Assembly: GCA_030265395.1 (NCBI GenBank)
Contig: JARFYF010000059.1
Span: 18,406,207-18,470,206 of the forward strand
Origin: Rhina ancylostomus
Taxonomy: Eukaryota
DNA length: 64,000 bases
Direction: 5' to 3'
In this document: piece by piece, positions 59,972-64,000 of the stretch
Position numbering within the stretch: the stretch's first letter is position 1
How the letters are laid out: every line of letters begins with the position of its first letter
Made by a program: the position numbers and the translations under genes
The notes under the pieces: model-generated
What the model saw: only the letters and a program-made list of their open reading frames with translations
Database searches by the model: none
What the model was told of the DNA's origin: nothing

Positions 59972-61135
59972 TTTGTATCCAATACCCTTTAAATTTCAGT
60001 AGCAAGTCTGTTGCCATCACTCTTTCAGATGGCAAACCATGGTCTGAAATGTAGTCTGTTCAAAAAAAAACTTTTCCTCATTTTCCCTCCAGTTCTTTTA
60101 CCAAGTATTTTAAACTTGACCTGTTACTTTGAAGTAGTAACCATAGGAAGGGAACTGTACTGAGTGGGACCACCAACAATGGAAGAAAGGGAGAAAAACA
60201 AGGAGAGACAAAGCCATCAAGCTGAAATGTTATATTTGTCCCACAGACACTGTTAATCTGAGTATTTCCAGTATTATCTATTTTTATATCAAATATCCAA
60301 CATTCACATATCTTACTTTTATAGAGAAGTATTGTTTTCAGTGGCAAAGGGTTTGATAAACAGAGGACATACCTAAAGTGATATGAGAAAATCTCTTCTT
60401 TTAATTTATACAGAGAATATCGTGTTCTTAAACACTATGGCTGAAAGGTTGGTGAAAGGAGATTAAACAGTAACAACCAGATCTAGAATTAGATAAACGA
60501 AAAAAACTTGAGTTATGGGGTAAGAGCAGGAATACAATTAATTGAATAACCCTGTCAAACACCCTGCTCAGGCACAAAGGACTGAATAGAATCTTTCTGT
60601 GCTGCACCATTCCAAGTTGTACAAATGGATAGTTCACAACCCCACCTCATATAGACAAAACAAAGGAAATCAACACACTTTAATTCTAGAGAGTACTTAC
60701 ACTTAGAATCTTTGCTGGCACCAAAATGTAACTAACATTTCATTCCAATGAACAACCAGCTCTCCTATTAAGACACCCTGAAGATGCAGCAAAGACCTTT
60801 AACTGAACCCTTTAACAATGTAAAGAAAGATTGATCCTGCCAGTAACTGTTATTCATACACATCCAATGAACAATTCACTGTGTCAGAACCACAAGGTAT
60901 GTGAGGTATCACATGGGGCCTAGAAGTGTATCTAATGCTTATTACGTAGATTGGATTTGACTCAGACTTCTGAAATGAACTACATTTGGTTTTCATTTAA
61001 TAAGATCAGCACAGAACTGCATGGAAAATCTCAGCAACATGGCACTGTAATAGGATACAACAGCACAGGCAAGTCAAAACAAAAATAATCCTTTTTTTAA
61101 AAAAATGATTGTTTTGAAATATTTTTAACCAATTA

Positions 61136-61357
<222 letters not shown>

Positions 61358-63469
61358 TCATCTCCCCATTCCTCTTCTGATCTTCAGAATTGAATTCACC
61401 TGTACGACCGGTTTGTAAGACAAGCTTTTCACTGTACCTCAGTACAAGTGACAATAATAAACCAATAGCAATACCAGACTTTTGAAACTAAACATTGGCA
61501 ATGAACTGGAATGCCCATCTCACTTTCCAATCAGCATTTCCAGTCATCCAGGTTCAACAACTTCAGGTGGTATATTTAGTCCTGGTCTGGTACTTCCAGC
61601 ACTTTTTGTTTATATTCCTAACTTGTTATTACTTCTTCTCTCTCCATCACTGAATATAACATTAATCTTTCATTGAACAGGTTCACTTAACCCCTGAAGA
61701 TCCACAATGCTATGACTACTGCAAGATCATACAGTTGTCCGTATTCTTGCCATGTAAATTTCTCTCTTTTGCAGAAAGTGGTGACTGTACTTGGGTACAA
61801 AATGGCAGGTACTCTTTGCACCAGTCCAAAGCCTCTGTCTTTGCAACCAAGACTACATAGTAAGAGCAGGTTCGGTAAAAGACCTAAAAACACCAGAACT
61901 TAGCTCAATTCTATACTTGTCTCATATACACACATATAACACAGAATACTAATGAAGCAAGAGAAAGAACTGTTTTTACTTAACCTCAACTCATCACATC
62001 CAATGAACAACCAATCCTTAGAAGGCCAGTATGGGCATAATGGGATGAATGGCCTCCTATGCTGTAACCATTCTATGGCCAATCAAGTACTTACAAAGTG
62101 TAGCCACTCTTGGAAAGTAGATTTCAAAATTCCTGTTTACAAACTGCTCCATGCCCTTAACTCTGTAACCACCATCTATCTGTATACCTCTCTCACCCCT
62201 TTCAGGTGAATTCCTGATTTTAATTATTCCATTTTTGATGGTCACACCTTAATAGAATTTTGTTGCTAAACCTCTCTGTGCTCTTTCTTTAAGGTGCTGC
62301 TTAAAACAACTCTTTGAACAAGCATTTCACCACCTGCCATAATATCTCAAATGGCTTTGTCTCAAATTTTATTTAATGATTTTATTTGAAGCCCCTTGAA
62401 ACATTTAACCATATGTTAGGCACAGAACAAATGCAAACTGTTGCTGGAAATCTGGCTACTAATTTGCACACAGCAAGCTCCACAAACAGCATCATGATAA
62501 TGGAGCAAAAATCAAACTGCTGGAGGAACTCAGCAGGTCAGACAGTATCCGTGGAGGCAGAAGGAAGTTTTAAGTTTTGGGTCAAGACCTTACATCAGGA
62601 GTTCTGGTGCAGCTATCTGACCCACTCAGTTCCTCCAGCTGTTTCTTTTTTGCTCCAGATTACAGCATCTGCAGTCTCTCATGTCAGCATTGTTATAATT
62701 ATCATAATGTGCATTTGGTGATGTTAGTTGAGATGCAACAGGCAAAATGTAATTTTGGCCGAGGACAGCAAGGAGGTACAGACAGAAACTCTGGCTGAAG
62801 TATTGCCAACAACCAACCGTCCCCCTAACCCAGGGATACCAAGGCCAGTTTAAAAACCTCAACTGATATATTAAGTTTCAAGACAGTTCTGCAGCCCAGA
62901 GGAAGTTACACTTGGAAGCATGTGAAGGTAATTATCTTACACAGCAGATTCTGCAACCTGTAAGTGTTTGACTGTGCTCCCTCGGCTGGCCATTTAGTCA
63001 CTGTGAATTTCCATTTAGCCTGCCTTAAACATTTGGCAATTACTGCCCTTGATTGTTGGCTTAAACCAAGAGGCAGGAGGAATTATTCCAAAAAGGCAAG
63101 GATGAATTTTGATGGTTCAATAAAGGGATGATCTGGGTTATTTGAAGATCAGTAAACAAGTACTCCATTTAAGGGATCACTGATACAGGAAGGAAATATG
63201 TAATACCATCAAACCAAAAGCACACGCTTCCTTCCTGTATTAGTAGTGTCCCAAATTCACCAAAAACCACGAAGCCCACGAAATGCCAAGGGAATCTTCC
63301 TGATTAAATCACAAATGTTGCTGGTAACATCAGTTACATTTATATATTATTTTAAGTTATTCTTTCTAATTAATGACAGTGACAAAAAAAATGAAAGTTC
63401 ACTGCAAATCTCCTGTGGTATCAAATAGATCACAGAATGCCTCCTACAAGCAATAACTTGCAGTGAGGG

Positions 63470-64000
63470 AGATGTCCAGCATGGAAACAGGCCATTTGGC
63501 CCACCACATCCACACTGACCAATGGGCACCCATCCATACTAATCCCATCTCCCAGCATTTAGCCCATACCATTCTAAGCCTAAGCAATTTGCATGGTCAT
63601 CTGGAGACTTCTTACATATTGTCAGCAACCCCGCTTCAACCACACTCTCAGGCAGTGCCTTCCAGGTACTCACCACTCTCTGGATTTAAAAAGGTACCTT
63701 TCATATGCATCGGAATCTCTTCCCACATATCCTAAATCTATGTCCTCTTGCTCTGTCTACTTCTGATAGGAGGTAAAGTTTCCTGCAATCTACCCTATCT
63801 ATACCTCTTGTAATTTTATAAACCTCAGTGACATCTCCTCTTAACCCCCTCCACTCCAGGGAGAACAGACCTAGTTTCTCCAGTATATCCTCATAGCTGA
63901 AATACTCCATCCCAGGCAACATCCTGGTGAATCGCCTCTGTACCCTCTCTAGTGCTATCACATCCTTCCTGTAGTGTGTGCCTAGAACTGCGCACAGACT
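63470..64000 (-). mobile_element. CR1 LINE 3' fragment
   Basis: [56 protein letters not shown]...RGHRFRI. Confidence 0.92.

Overview
This is eukaryotic genomic DNA, most likely from a cartilaginous fish (a batoid ray, inferred from the repeat families and an NLR fragment), from a draft assembly with many N-gaps. The window is dominated by one minus-strand multi-exon gene, the Mi-2/NuRD remodeller CHD5. I traced 36 coding exons by hand from 61270 down to the stop at 8004, and their splice phases chain in frame. They encode CHDNT, two PHD fingers, two chromodomains, the SNF2 ATPase ([12 protein letters not shown]), helicase-C, DUF1087/DUF1086, CHDCT2 and the C-terminal tail. The first exons lie beyond the right edge. 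Introns hold CR1 and Rex1/L2-type LINE fragments, SINEs, a solo LTR with a 5-bp TSD, a Tigger/pogo-like remnant and satellites. The most notable points are: (1) a fragment of a batoid-type NLR/NACHT exon antisense in a CHD5 intron between two CR1 3' ends, either a transduction or a misassembly; (2) a CHD3-like SUMO-interaction tail (VICIED*) on CHD5; (3) a U12 minor intron and a probable GC-AG intron; (4) an assembly artefact splitting the Walker-A exon. I see no prokaryotic-type system, CRISPR array, tRNA or rRNA. Exon numbers are by analogy to human CHD5 as I recall it, not from a database search.
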